64,000 nt of DNA from Macrostomum lignano (taxonomy: Eukaryota), in NCBI GenBank assembly GCA_002269645.1, contig NIVC01001166.1, positions 282,849-346,848 on the forward strand, given 5' to 3'. Below are positions 25,501 to 37,150 of the stretch, one piece after another; within the stretch, counting starts at the first letter, position 1; every line of letters begins with the position of its first letter. The notes under the pieces are model-generated. The model saw only the letters and a program-made list of their open reading frames with translations. It was not told where the DNA came from and did no database searches. The position numbers were made by a program, and so were the translations under genes.

Positions 25501-26700
25501 CACAGATGCCAATGGGATCACTGAAGCCAATGGGATCACAGATGCCAATGGGATCACCGAAGCCAATGGGATCACCGAAGCCAATGGGATCACTGAAGCC
25601 AATGGGATCACAGATGCCAATGGGATCACTGAAGCCAATGGGATCACAGATGCCAATGGGATCACCGAAGCCAATGGGATCACCGAAGCCAATGGGATCA
25701 CTGAAGCCAATGGGATCACAGATGCCAATGGGATCACAGGAAACCCAAGGGGATGAAAAAACTTGACGAAATCAGAAAATCTCGTGGGATCACAGGACGG
25801 AATGGGAAGTCATTAAGTCAAACAGCAGTCTCACCAAACACGGCTAAATTCTCCTTGATGTTGCGCAGAAACTGGGAGCCAAACAGTGACATTTGAATAT
25901 TCTCCGGCTCGGAGAATTGCTGTCGGATGCCACCGCAGGAGAGCGGACTGGCCGCCCTGGTGTAGGCCGGGTCCCGCTCCACCACCACTACGTTGCAATT
26001 GACCTGCCTGCTAAGCCAGTAGGCGACACTGCAACCGATGGCGCCGCCGCCGATCACCAAGGCGTCGCATTCGTCCGGGAAATCTTCGTCCGGATCTGTT
26101 AGCGGAAGCATGCAGAAAGCGTTTAGGATTGAAAGACATTTGAGACTAAGAGCATATAGAAAAGCATCGGGACTCTCAACAGGTGTGGCATCATGAGTCT
26201 CAACAGGTGTGGCATCATGAGTCTTAACAGGTGTGGCATCAGGACTCTTAACAGGTGTGGAATCAGGAGTCTTAACAGGTGTGGCATCAGGACTCTTAAC
26301 AGGTGTGGCATCAGGACTCTTAACAGGTGTGGCATCAGGACTCTTAACAGGTGTGGCATCAGGACTCTTAACCGGTGTGGCATCAGGACTCTTAAAGGGT
26401 TGTTCGTTGGGACTCTGAACAGGTGTAAAATTTTAAACATTATATCCTATTAAATTTGTGGCATCAATGTGGTGAAGAAGAAAAAGAGTAAAAAAAGAAG
26501 AAGAGTAGAAAAACAAATGCAATCTCACCAACAGTATAAGTAGGCCTGTCCTTATTTTCGATTCCTTTCCACGATGGTTGGCTAACCCGCTCCAGGCCCT
26601 GGGTTCGCTTGGGATCGCCGACAAACCTGGTGCCGGTGGGCGTGCAGAGCCGGCGCACTTGGCCGCCCAGCTGCCACAATGCGCGCCCGCTTCGCTGCAT
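16522..26700 (-). CDS. foxred1: FAD-dependent oxidoreductase domain-containing protein 1 (FOXRED1-like); exons 26700-26529, 26095-25835, 25211-25112, 25038-24944, [gap], 24619-24599, 22084-21945, 21574-21436 (or 18287-18083), 16884-16522
   Basis: Arg-rich, acid-poor N-terminus (MQRSGRALWQLGGQVRRL) resembles a mitochondrial presequence. Motifs: GxGxxG (VIGGGAIGCSVAYWL), VVVERDPAYTRAASPLSCGGIRQQFS.PENIQMS, DPPDI...GYLVLA, WPWLNVSDIALGAF, VVNAAGPWAGHVAHLAG...LPVEPR, SGAYLRAEG, VWPRLAHRVP...AWAGFYDYNTFDQN...GHGIQHAVAIGRAVSEL. GT-AG boundaries and phases agree except across 24944/24619. Confidence 0.9.
16900..17190. repeat. ~40-bp minisatellite abutting the last FOXRED1 acceptor
   Basis: Units of CAGGTGAGATTAGATGCAGAATAGATGTAGCTGCTGGTAG. 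Confidence 0.92.
17796..17931 (+). repeat. Dispersed repeat (~70-bp unit in tandem), second copy at 52688-52848
   Basis: GCTTTGCATAGCAGAGTGTGAAAGTGGCAGC.ATAGTCTATGGCCAGCCCTGCTGACCAAGCCGGCAGGAACG occurs at both loci. Confidence 0.85.
18083..18287 (-). CDS. Second, divergent copy of the penultimate FOXRED1 exon (candidate mutually exclusive exon)
   Basis: ttttag|G CGG CAG ... GTT CCG|gtactt. 205 nt, open, phase 2 to 0, the same as exon 21574-21436. Peptide RQSVFVVSLPP...TPGIDAPFIQDVDSGLHLRRDGFQGDF aligns with the FOXRED1 segment [31 protein letters not shown] (recalled from the human protein). Not in the ORF track. Confidence 0.7.
19268..19790. repeat. 33-bp minisatellite (CTCATCTGAGATCTCATACCTGATTGAACAATT)
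   Basis: Direct observation. Confidence 0.94.
20246..21403. repeat. 23-bp minisatellite (TTCCAGCCTGAGATTCAGTCTGA), ~50 units
   Basis: Nearly invariant; the only variant is G/C (TCTGA/TCTCA). Confidence 0.97.
21630..21897. repeat. 29-bp minisatellite filling a FOXRED1 intron
   Basis: Units of CCTTCAGTGAACTGCTGCTACCCTCAGG[G/T]. Confidence 0.95.
22180..24500. repeat. 12-bp-based satellite with 60-bp (and 48-bp) higher-order repeat
   Basis: Five 12-mers (GTCTTAATGCAT, GTCTTAGTGTCT, GTCCTAGTGCCT, GTCTTAGCGCCT ...) recur in order; this is the source of the spurious 818-aa ORF. Confidence 0.97.
24690..24875. promoter_or_regulatory. Repeated CRE (TGACGTCA) and CCAAT-box cluster inside a FOXRED1 intron
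   Basis: TGACGTCA at 24696, 24767 and 24808; TGACATCA at 24866; CCAATCA at 24714, 24786 and 24841; TATATAA at 24724. Function is not demonstrated. Confidence 0.35.
25348..25738. repeat. 18-bp minisatellite (GCCAATGGGATCACTGAA)
   Basis: Direct observation; FOXRED1 intron 2. Confidence 0.96.
26172..26425. repeat. 24-bp minisatellite (AACAGGTGTGGCATCAGGACTCTT)
   Basis: Direct observation; FOXRED1 intron 1. Confidence 0.95.
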
Positions 26701-26787
26701 GAAGCCGAAAGCACAATTTTAATTAAGTTTGTGATATTCGATTTGATGGAATCTGATTGGCGGAGTAGGGAGGGGCAGATAAGCCAC

Positions 26788-27165
26788 TGAAGCTGGCTGG
26801 AGGAGTGGGGAGGGGAAGATAAGGGTAGAAATCAATTGAGGCTGGCTGGAGGAGTGTGGAGGGGCAGATAAGGGTAGGAATGAATTGAGGCTGGCTGGAG
26901 GAGTGAGGAGGGGCAGCTAAGGGTAGAAATGAATTGAGGCTGGCTGGAGAAGTGGGGAGGGGCAGCTAAGGGTAGAAATGAATTGAGGCTGGCTGGAGGA
27001 GTGGGGAGGGGCAGCTAAGGGTAGAAATGAATTGAGGCTGGCTGGAGGAGTGGGGAGGGGCAGATAAGGGTAGGAATGAATTGAGGCTGGCTGGGGGCGT
27101 GAGGGGGGCAGATAAGCTTAGGAATGAACTGAGGCTGGCAGGAAGAGTGGGGAGGGGTAGATAGG
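26788..27165. repeat. 49-bp G-rich minisatellite immediately upstream of FOXRED1
   Basis: Units of GAGGCTGGCTGGAGGAGTGGGGAGGGGCAGATAAGGGTAGAAATGAATT. Confidence 0.94.
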
Positions 27166-28257
27166 AATAGCACTATTGACGATGGCTGATAGAATCGACG
27201 CAAACTGGCCAGGAAATGAAGAGGTTAGAAAGAGTAAATTTTACACACATTTTTAAAGATGGTCAATCAAATTTTATATAATCAATTTTGTGCGCCATGC
27301 AGCTGATTTTTTATTTTCTTATTTCGGTTTCAATTTAACAAAATTAGCTCATTCAGGCAAGCCATTAGTCATGCAAAGTAATCTTTAAAAGCAAACAGCA
27401 AACACGGATGTAGACTCCAAACACAATCAATAAGGGAGCTGCGGACTGTAGGGGGACCAACTAAGCATAAATAAAGGCAAATAACACCTTTATATAAAGC
27501 AGAAACTTGAAATATTTCTAGTTTAAAGCCGACAGATACGCAGATCGATAGAGTATACGCTGTGAAGCAGAGGCAACGACAAATTAATTAATAACAGCGA
27601 AATCGATATCAGTGCAAAACATAAAAAGAAACAAAGGATTTTAATAATAGAAATATGTTAATGCCCGGGATCTGGGCACAGACTTCAAGGCAAGAAGGAG
27701 AGAGAGAGAAAAGAGTTCGTGTATAACCAGAACTCGCACTGCATTCGGTGGCTAGACTTCGGTGATTTGAGTAGTTTATGAATCATAAATATTGCATTTA
27801 AATAAACTGCAGAGTGCAAAACTCATACAGACCCATACTGATACTGATCAGATCATTTCAGGCATGATTGAATCGTTTCTTTAATGAAACAAAATAAAAT
27901 ATATAAATATAAATATAAGCACTTCAAGCATGCAGATCTTAAAATACATATTTATATAGCAACTAAAAACAAGAGACTAGACGCGCCAAAAAAGTACAAA
28001 AAGATAAAAGTACACCAAGAGGTGGAAATACCTACTAATTAAAAAATACTAGCTAGGTAAAAATAATGTTTTTGTATGAACTATATAAGATAATAAAAAG
28101 CATTAAGGATTGCCCATCTAAAATTGAAAACAGCATCGCTAAAAGGAAGTCCCTGTAACTAGGGAATTAGGACGACGGAAATCGGCACAAGGACGAATGT
28201 CCACAGTATTGGAACTTCAAACAGGGTAAACTATCAATAAGGGAATTAGGAATTACT

Positions 28258-28460
28258 CAAAAGGGGAATCCCAAAAGGGAAATCCCAGAAGGGAAATCTT
28301 GAAAGGGAAATCCACAAAAGGGGAATCCCGAAAAGGTAAATCCCACAAAAGGGAATCTTTTAAAGGGTAAATTCCAAATAGGACAATCCCTCAAAAAGTC
28401 GATACCAAAGAGGGAATCCCAATAAGGGTAAATTCCAAATAGGGGAATCCCAAGAATGCA
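28258..28460. repeat. Degenerate ~18-bp repeat (AAAGGGAAATCCC..)
   Basis: Direct observation. Confidence 0.75.
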
Positions 28461-28810
28461 AAGGGAAACATTAAACAGGAGCATTTTCTTCGTTATAGAC
28501 GAGCTATTAATAGTAGTCCTTACACCATTTGCGCCATAAGTATGTCTACTAGTTAATTTAAAATAACTAAACAACTAGTCAAAAACGATTATTTCAAACT
28601 AAAAAACCAATAATTAAACAACAACAGGAATAAAACATCAAACAGACCGGCTACTGCAGGGTGCAGGTTGTGCCAATTCTAATAAACTAAACAGAATATT
28701 TTTAGCTTCAAGCTGTGCAATAGCAGACGATAATACAACCGGTGCGAACACGCTATAAAATCCCGAACAAAGCTGTTCCTCCCCCCCCCCCCTACCAGAC
28801 TGTCGATAGC

Positions 28811-29212
28811 TCAATACCCGGAATTGGTCAGGGCTTCCTTGATTTTAGAGGCGGCGAAGTTCACCCGCTGGCAGCCGGCCATGGAGGCCTGCTCGCCCTC
28901 TTCGGCCAGGTAGCCGCCAACAATGACGGCCTGGCCGGTGCGCATCGCCGACAGGCTGGACGGCCCGCTGCGAGCGTCAATCTCGCCGTCCTGCAAGCGC
29001 AGAGTCATAAACCGGCGGCCCTGGAAGCTGAAGGCGGAGAATTCGCCGGCGCTCGACTTGCCGGTGCCGGCGACCAGGGCCTGCACCTCAGCCTGGCTGG
29101 GGCTGCACTGGCCGGACTGGGCCCACACGGACCCGTCTAGGCCAAATATGGCGGCCGCATTGACGCCCGGATACTGCATCATGTTGTCTACCCACGGTTG
29201 CCAAGAGGACAT
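28811..29212 (-). CDS. Profilin, single coding exon, 133 aa
   Basis: MSSWQPWVDNMM...AAAIFGLDGSVWAQS...FSFQGRRFMTLR...DARSGPSSLSAMRTGQAVIVGGY...KIKEALTNSGY matches the profilin pattern (N-terminal W..YVD-like, G.DGSVWA, C-terminal L..SGY). An acceptor (ctgtag|) lies 49 nt upstream of the ATG, at 29261. Confidence 0.92.
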   Translation of the reverse strand: MSSWQPWVDNMMQYPGVNAAAIFGLDGSVWAQSGQCSPSQAEVQALVAGTGKSSAGEFSAFSFQGRRFMTLRLQDGEIDARSGPSSLSAMRTGQAVIVGGYLAEEGEQASMAGCQRVNFAASKIKEALTNSGY

Positions 29213-30510
29213 GATGTTGGCTTTGGACCGGATTAGGGCATGCAATAAGCAATACTTTTAGCTACAGGAGCAGTTTTTTTACAGGTGTTAAACCTGTATT
29301 TTTTAGATTTTCGATGTTTTGCTAGGCGCCCTAAATTAACCTTTGTCAACTTTTAAACAGCCTTCAATTTAAGTGGATATAATGTAGAGTCATAGATTCA
29401 GAGCATTGGATAGCATCATTATTAGAGACAAAAGGGCTGTGTGCACCCCAGTAAACTTTAATTAACATTGAAACCAGCAAGAGACATGACTGCCTATTCT
29501 GCCAACTCCCTTGAGCAGGCACACAAAGATGCAGATGTGAACTCAATCAGATGCACAGGGGTACATACAAGAATGTACATAGGGACCCAAACTTTTTTTC
29601 ATAAGGCATATACATTTTACTGTGCATTGGGATTGACCCTCAAAGGGCAATAATTGTACAAGCAGACCCAAGCTAGGATTCTAATTTAACCCTGAATATA
29701 AGGTTTAATTTACCTATCAAGAGTAAATTTATTTAAATCAAAGTTAGTTTTAAGTATATTTATAATTGTTAAAAATAGAATTAACCATTTAGTATTTACT
29801 TTAGTTCCATAAACTAATTTGCAGAACTAAAGTAGTAACAATTCTATCTCAACCAATACCATAAATTATACACATGCAATTCTCAGAGATTATATTAGCT
29901 ATACAACTTGGCTTGGAAATGTAAGTTACTTTTGCAACTTTCTAAAAGTGACTTTCTAAAAATATTTAAAATAGTTATAAATTAACTATAAAGATTTTTC
30001 ATCTTTTTCATCTTTTTTTTCATAAGATATTGCATGTCATATAGAGTTATATTGAGATGTCATTAATTTATATATATATATATATATATAATATTGATTG
30101 ATTGCAATATTCCAAAGAAATATAATATATTATATAAGATAAAAATAACTTAATAAAAATATAAATTTTGAGACATGTTTTGAGACAATAAAAGCTCAAT
30201 AATATAGAGGTAAAGTTTGCAATTTAATATGATCAAATAGCTATTATAGAACCTAAACATTGATATGGGCTTTGGCCTTATGCATGATAGCATGATAATA
30301 AAAAATTGTTGTCTCTATAGCAAAGTTTATTAAATAAAAAATTAGTATTATATAAAGATGTATAGAACATATTATTTTTAATTATCATAAGTAAAATTTA
30401 AGTTATTATTTAATTTATTATATATAATTTTATTATACTTTCAAAGATGCAATTTTTGAAAAAAAACATGTAATTTTAACACGTAACAAAGTCCTAAGAA
30501 GTCTAATACC

Positions 30511-31302
30511 ATATGGCTCATTCCATATAAGATAGACATATTTGGAAAATAGAAAAAAGTCAATATTTTTGCTTGCCATTGCCTAATTAGCCTCTTTTTT
30601 ACCAAATGTTTATATTGTGCAATATATACAATCTAAGAATAAAGGAATGGTAAAATGTTGGATTAGTATGTTATCAATTGGCAAAAAGTCATTTTTGTAA
30701 AAATTTGGACATTTTTCGAAGCAAAAGACATCATTAAGATTTTGTACCTTTTAAAAACAAATAGAAAGCTTTTGAAGGTTGAAACAAACTATAGATAAAA
30801 GTATAGTACTTGCATCATCAGATAAAAACATTGGTGACCAAATAATCTATTATATTTTTAATGTATTAGTACCTCAAAGTTACTGAATTGACAGAAAAAA
30901 TATGTTACGACCATAATGTTACGACCATAAGGCTGCCTTTTCTTTTGTATCTTTGTTGACTTTTGAGTTTATATATTCTAATAAAAGAGTATGATTTCTA
31001 AAGATGTTCTTAGTCAAATTTTAAAAATGTATTGCAAAATATCAAAAATGAAAAATGTTATAAGACTTTTACCTTTTAGTTTCTATATGTCAAAAATCCT
31101 GTCGTTACGACCATAAGTGTCATTTAAGGTTTAATAGCATCTATACTAATGATGATATCTATATGAAACTCTATAAATATATTCTAGACAAAATAATCTT
31201 TCATTTAAAATATTGGTTTAGTATATTCTATTATTAGATTTCATTTTATAAGTAAAAATAACCTGTCATGTTACGACCATGCTTATATGGAATGAGCCAT
31301 AT
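30511..31302. mobile_element. MITE with perfect 21-bp terminal inverted repeat
   Basis: ATATGGCTCATTCCATATAAG at 30511 and its exact reverse complement ending at 31302 (the outer AT/ATAT may be the TSD). Four internal GTTACGACCAT motifs. Superfamily not assignable. Confidence 0.8.
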
Positions 31303-31335
31303 ACATAGCATACATTAAGGAGTTAGTGAAAATTT

Positions 31336-31926
31336 TTGGCTTATGCTATCGACATAGATCTGGAAAAGTTGGGAAGAGAGACAGAGAGAGAGGAAGCGGA
31401 GTTTAGGGATGAAATGGCTAGGTTTATGGAGGAGGTGCAACTACATGAAGAAGGGGTTAGTCCCATCAATGGACCAGAAGAACCAATTGAGTACCTACCC
31501 GCGCCTCAGCCAAAGGAAGGTCAGCCTAGGCCAACAGAAGATCTGAGAGGTAGCATCGACCACGGGACGTTTCTGAGGGCAGACACCAATGAGGCACAGC
31601 TCCTGGAAGACAACCCAGTTGAGTCACAACTGAGCCCTTGCGAACGAGAGGCCAAATTCCATAGGTGCCGGCAGGCTCTAAAGCGAAAAATCCTACAGAC
31701 AGGCAAGACTAGTCACTTTGAACAGAACTTGCCGGACACCTGCGTCTTGTTTCTAAGTATGGCTACCAAGGAGGAATCGATCAAGTACCTTGAGATCGCT
31801 TGCAGTTATTGCCTGCAATATGCAGAAGGCAAGGCACAAGGACCAGTGAGCATGCGAGCCACCACCAAGCTACTGGAGTACCTGGCCAAACAATTCGACC
31901 CTTGTAGCGGACACATGTACTTTTGA
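31336..31926 (+). other. Orphan ORF (196 codons, first ATG ~31411), probably transposon-derived, interrupted by the miniature LTR element
   Basis: Open, GC-richer than its flanks, acidic N-terminus. It runs into the LTR at 31903. Removing the element restores FDP-SRKMIPINGLLY... for about 30 more codons. Confidence 0.35.
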
Positions 31927-32990
31927 CAGAGCCAGCCACTGCTGCTCAAACTGTCTATGGCCCAAATAAACTCGAGCCGTAAAAGACCCAGCCGCAGCAC
32001 TTTATTAAAAGACAAGCAGTCTTCATCTTGCCGAACGCGAGCCGCTTCAGTGGTGAGCCCGACTATACTCAGCCGTAGCTGAGTATTTTAAGCTTTTTGC
32101 CTGCTGCCTCGTCACAGTTTTTGCCACCAGGTTTTCCAAGTCCAGCCAAAGCCATCGGCCACCTCGATCCCTGCATCCGGCTCAGCGCTTCTGACTGGAG
32201 CCACATCAAAGTGACCATGACTGATTCCTGGTCACTGCGGTTATGCAGTAGGTGAGCAGTGCACTCCGGGTAAGGGGCTCTCGCCTGCCAAAGTTTGCTT
32301 GCAATGCCCCACCCGACGCTGCGACGTCGATGCGGCTCACCTCGGCAACGCCTTGTCCCAGCAGCACAGGCGGACACGTTGGACGAAGCATCGGTGCACT
32401 TTTCTGCGCTGCAGGCCCTATCACGCTACCGACGGATCACCACAATGCATACGTACCAGCAGCATCATCATCAGCACAACCATCCACTGCTGCCGCTGCC
32501 CTCGGCCTCGAGGATGCTGGTGCCTATGACCTCAACTGGCCCACAACGCCACCGGCCCGCAGCTCGATCTATCAGCAGCGAAGTGCTCACACTTTTGGAC
32601 AGTCCCTGAACACCCGCCATCGAGCCAGCCTCTGCACGCTTTCGATTTCTGTGCTACTAACAGTTTCACATTACCAATTTAGACGCCCCAACCCGGTCAT
32701 CCACTGCCAGTGACCCTTTTCTAACCCAGTCGTTTCCATTGCATTAGTGGCAAAGTTGCAGCCGACCCAGCCATTTGCCACAGCAGCTGAGCTCCCAACT
32801 AGCACAATGCAAGAGCAACATAGTCTGGCTCTGGGGGGAGTTATGTAGCGGACACATGTACTTTTGACAGAGCCAGCCACTGCTGCTCAAACTGTCTATG
32901 GCCCAAATAAACTTGAGCCGTAAAAGACCCAGCTGCAGCACTTTATTAAAATACAAGCGGTCTTCATCTCGCCGAACACGAGCCGCTTCA
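31903..32990 (+). mobile_element. Complete miniature non-autonomous LTR retrotransposon (TRIM-like), 1088 bp
   Basis: 147-bp direct repeats (31903-32049, 32844-32990) with TG...CA ends; 4-bp TSD CCCT on both sides; PBS TGGTGAGCCCGAC (tRNA-Trp-like) one base after the 5' LTR; purine tract GGGGGGAG just before the 3' LTR; no recognisable gag/pol. Confidence 0.88.
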
Positions 32991-33500
32991 CCCTAGCCGT
33001 AAAATGATACCTATCAATGGGCTACTATATCTATCAACACAAAATATGAATAACCTATGTCCAGTGCATACTGATTAACAAACTCAGTAACAGCCTTTTA
33101 TACATCTGATTTTCTTTTACCATCTTTTGGAGCAAAACATTGCTGCCTTAATATGCATTTTTTGTTAGTAGTGTTCTGTTAGTATATCCATTTAAGATCA
33201 TTGTGCAACTATAATACTGTTCATATTGTCTTTTCCTTTTTTCTCTTTTGCATGCGCCAAACATCTCACCTACCAAATGCAATCATGCACCATTGCCTCT
33301 CTTCTTTAATACAAATAGTATGCGTATTACAAAATTCATTAGTACCCATAAACCTTATATCAATACAATCATTATGCCAACTCTATATTCATGCAACCAT
33401 ATTTAGCCAACTATGCCATATCCAGCAGCTTGTCACAACTAATATTCTGATAAATAAATATGATTATCAATGTACAAAAGGGGGTTTTGAACATTTTTGT

Positions 33501-33978
33501 AGCAAGGGGGAGGTGTAATAAGGCATTATTTTAGGAATGGGAATTAGTTGTGGGGAAATATGCTTTTTGCCTACTATCAGTAGTTTTAACCTGGGGAAAT
33601 AATTAGAGCGGGGGTAAATCACTATTTTGGGGGTTTCTTTAGAACTACAGAGCAGTTGGGCTCTTGGGAAAGTATCTCCTGTGTGTCTTGCATTGCAACA
33701 TTTCTAATAACAAGGAATTTGGTAAGAAAAGGGAAATAAAAGGGGGAAAACTAAAACTAGGATTGCACAAGAGGAGTCTCACCTCTAAACTAATCGGAGT
33801 CTTGCCCAAGCACGTAGGAAACAATAGTTAAATGTAAATCAACCTTTTATACATTAAGCATTTTATTATTATCCGCTTATTATTAAAACTTGTGTTACTA
33901 GAAATCTCATTGGTGTCTTGACTCAATTCTTTAAATCTAAATACCAGAATTAGAGAAAGCAGGAACCTGGTGGCAACA
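33501..33978 (+). mobile_element. Possible decayed Gypsy-type 3' LTR with polypurine tract
   Basis: AGCAAGGGGGAGG is followed directly by TGTAATAAGG; a candidate end is ...CTGGTGGCAACA at 33978. No second LTR was found in the window. Confidence 0.35.
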
Positions 33979-35793
33979 AACTACCAAAATTTAAAACCAG
34001 TAAAATCCACTAGTAAAAAATCCTTAGCACAGAAACCAGTAGCCTAAATCGAAGGTACAATGCATATTCCAAATGTATCACTATCAAACATAAGAGCCAA
34101 TATGTGATATGGTTAAATTTAAAATTTATGTGATTTTTTATTTTCAAGTGGTAGTGAATATATTAAGATAATACTAAAGTACAGAATAGAAAATGCATTT
34201 TAGCATTGAATAAAATGAAATAAATTTATTTAAGTTATACAATATAAACACTTTGATAAATATGATAATCAAGAAATATTATAGTTTTTTGGTTTATATG
34301 CTGAGTGCAATCCATTTAAAATTAAGTTTTAAATAAAATATTTTATTGGACCCTATTTTCCCCTGCCCCCTAGTCTATGGACAAACATTATATACTTAAA
34401 ATAACCCTCCCACATAGTATACAAGGAAAAAATTCTCATATACATTATTTAGGATCATGTAATATATGCTCAAAATTCTGTATTTACATTGGCCTAGCAT
34501 GGCAAAAGTTTGCTATGAGATCTTTTCTTAAGATTCTTAAAGTTGTAAATAGAAAAATGTGAATAAGTTCATTTTTAAGCATAAATTCAAGCCTTCTAGT
34601 TGTTTTAAACTTGTAAAAGTGCATTTTATCAAATCTTTATACTTATTAACTTTGTTATAAATTTTATAGCCAAACTCAAAGATAAATTATAAACCATAAA
34701 TTTTTCTAACCCTAAATTAGTTTTAAGATATATTTGTTTTTTGTGCATTTATATTTCCATTGACTAGAATAGCACATTATTCATTTTTAGCTGGCATGCA
34801 CTTGTAATTGTTCCATTTTTATTTAGGCATGCACCTAGCATGATCTAGACTATGGCATGGGGCTTATAGGACTATCCTTGGGACTATGGTTATATAGAAT
34901 ATTATGAGGCTTATAAGTTGTAACTAAAATTATAATTTATTATACTACTATAGATATCAATGCTTTTTGGTACCTAGCATTTTGTACCTTAGTTTGCTTT
35001 TGGTGCCTAAATTATAAATTAAAATTAAACACAAAATAGAAAATAAGCTTGCAAGTTTAATAATAAGTGCTTTGTAGTAGCTATCTTTACTTAAAATAAC
35101 TAAGGTATTACTTATTTTGTTAAGCTGACTTGCTATTTTAATTTTTTGCAAGTCTCATTTCTTTAAAAAATTGTCTTAATTTCTTAAGAAATAAAATATG
35201 GGCATGTGACTCAAGAAATCAATATTTAAATAAGATTGTTAGATTTCATAATTTTGATCAAAACTATATATAGCATTGATGATAGATTTCATCTTAACCT
35301 AACTATTTTTTCTCTGCATGCATGCTTTTTAAATATAACAAATGCCATTGCAATATAACAAATGCAATTAAATCAAATAGATTTTTTAATTAAAGAAGTA
35401 TACTAATTTAACAAAATGGATAAATATTATTTTCATTAGGAAAATAGTTTTTTAATATAGAGTATTTATTACTATAGTCAGAAAGGTGTCTTATGTTCCA
35501 AAATTTTCTGGCATACATAGCCATTTATAACTCTTTGGTATGCATATGTGGGATGCTTGAATCTCAAAAAGTTGTGTTTGGCATACAAAAAGTAGTATAT
35601 AAAGCTATTTAAAAAAAGGTGCAAGTTCTTAGTACAAGTTTTTGCACAAGGTGCAATTTAAAATTTTTATCTTCAACTTTCTGAAACAAAAAATATAACA
35701 ATTTGAAGAAAAAGGCAGTGGCAGTTAAGAGGTGATTTAATTGTACAAATAAAAAAAATAATTGAATAGGCCTATGTTAAAAAATTCTCAACT

Positions 35794-37150
35794 TTGCAGG
35801 CAGCAATGGATAACTTTAAATCCTATGCACTAACTTGCTTTAAACTAAAGATCATTGTCGCTAATTGTTACCAAGAACTTTTTGCTACACATAGGGAGGA
35901 TGCACCTAACAAAGCAACAATCTATTGTTACTACAAGCAATTCCAAGATCTTCCTACAGATGTCAGCAAGAGCAACTGAGCAAATGTGAAAATGACAATA
36001 CTAGAGGTGATTGAGCTAATGCAAGAACTTGTGCAGGAAGACAGCAGGACAAGTGTGCAAGACTAGCAAGAGTTAGCTAAACTAGTTAGAAATTGGTTAA
36101 GACAAGCATACACAAAATCCTCACCAAGAATCTTGGCCTGCAAAATATGGCAGCTGTCAAGGTGCCGCACCAGCTGAGCAAAGAACAAAAGGCTATTTGT
36201 GTGCAATGTGCAAGTAGAATTCACTCTATCTTCTACTAAGAAGGAATCTAGGCAATGATGGAAAAACTGATCATAGTTGATACAACCTGGATGCCATTCT
36301 ATGACAGGTGCCAAAGCAGAATAATTGTTGCTAGTTGGCAATTGGTGATCACTATCCTCATGTTGTGCAATAGCAAGTTAGTGCTTACAAGACAATTACA
36401 AAACAAAGTGGAATTCATTCCAAACAAGCAATTTTCTATTATGCCACAGCCTTACATAAGACAATTGATAATAAGTGACATACATGCGCAACAGTTGGCC
36501 AAGTCAGCCGATCTGGCCAACCAATTTAGCCACCAACCAAGGTAAGTTGCAAAAAATGCCCAGCCAAAAGAATAGACATAGTACTAATTAGATGACAAAG
36601 CATTTAGCCCTTATAAGAAAGTCATAGTTACTCCTGCCGTTTACCCAAAATTGCATTAATTTTGCTTTAGGGTTTCTTTTATAGGTAAGTGACATTTTTG
36701 GCAAAAAAAACTACATTGCATTTTTTGTTAAAACAAAGTTGCACAGCTGACTGAATTTTGGAGGTTGCGCATGTATAGTAAGTGAATTGTCCAATTTGTG
36801 AAATGAACAAGCAATTTGTAGCACTGCTTGCATTTGAAGCTGATCTACCTGAATGAAGTTCTATGGCAATAGTACAATGCCCAACTGCATACAAGCAGGA
36901 CTATATAAGACTAATTTGAATTTTTTAAAAGAGGAGCATTTGAACATTGCTTCAAAGTCCATATAGTCTAGCCTTCAACTTGTGCAATCACTTTCTATTT
37001 AGCTATATAAAGAATGACCTATGCCATAGACAATTTGTTGACCAATCTAAGGTTGAGGTAGCCACATTATATTAGGCAAAGAGCCTAGACAAAAATGCAC
37101 TTGCCATCAAAGTGCATAAGTTTCTAGAACATTGCAATGCTGTCATCAGT
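35794..37150 (+). pseudogene. Decayed mariner transposase, interrupted by a MITE at 36479-36777
   Basis: Fragments ELFATHREDAPNKATIYCYYKQF (HTH), VPHQLSKEQK (WVPxEL motif), IIVDTTWMPFYD (TxDETW), LWQ*YNAQLHTSRT (HDNARPH) and SPYSLAFNLCNHFLFSYIKNDL (YSPDLAPxD) occur in the correct order, with stops and frameshifts. Confidence 0.8.
36479..36777. mobile_element. 299-bp hAT-like MITE (TIR CATACATGCGCAAC)
   Basis: TIR at both ends (one terminal mismatch); TSD ATAAGTGA / GTAAGTGA; it splits the mariner remnant. Confidence 0.8.

Noticed and set aside
25265-25766. ITEANG/PMGS repeat ORFs resembling ice-binding or adhesive repeats
   Set aside because: They come from an 18-bp intronic minisatellite on the strand opposite FOXRED1, with no signal peptide or flanking gene structure.
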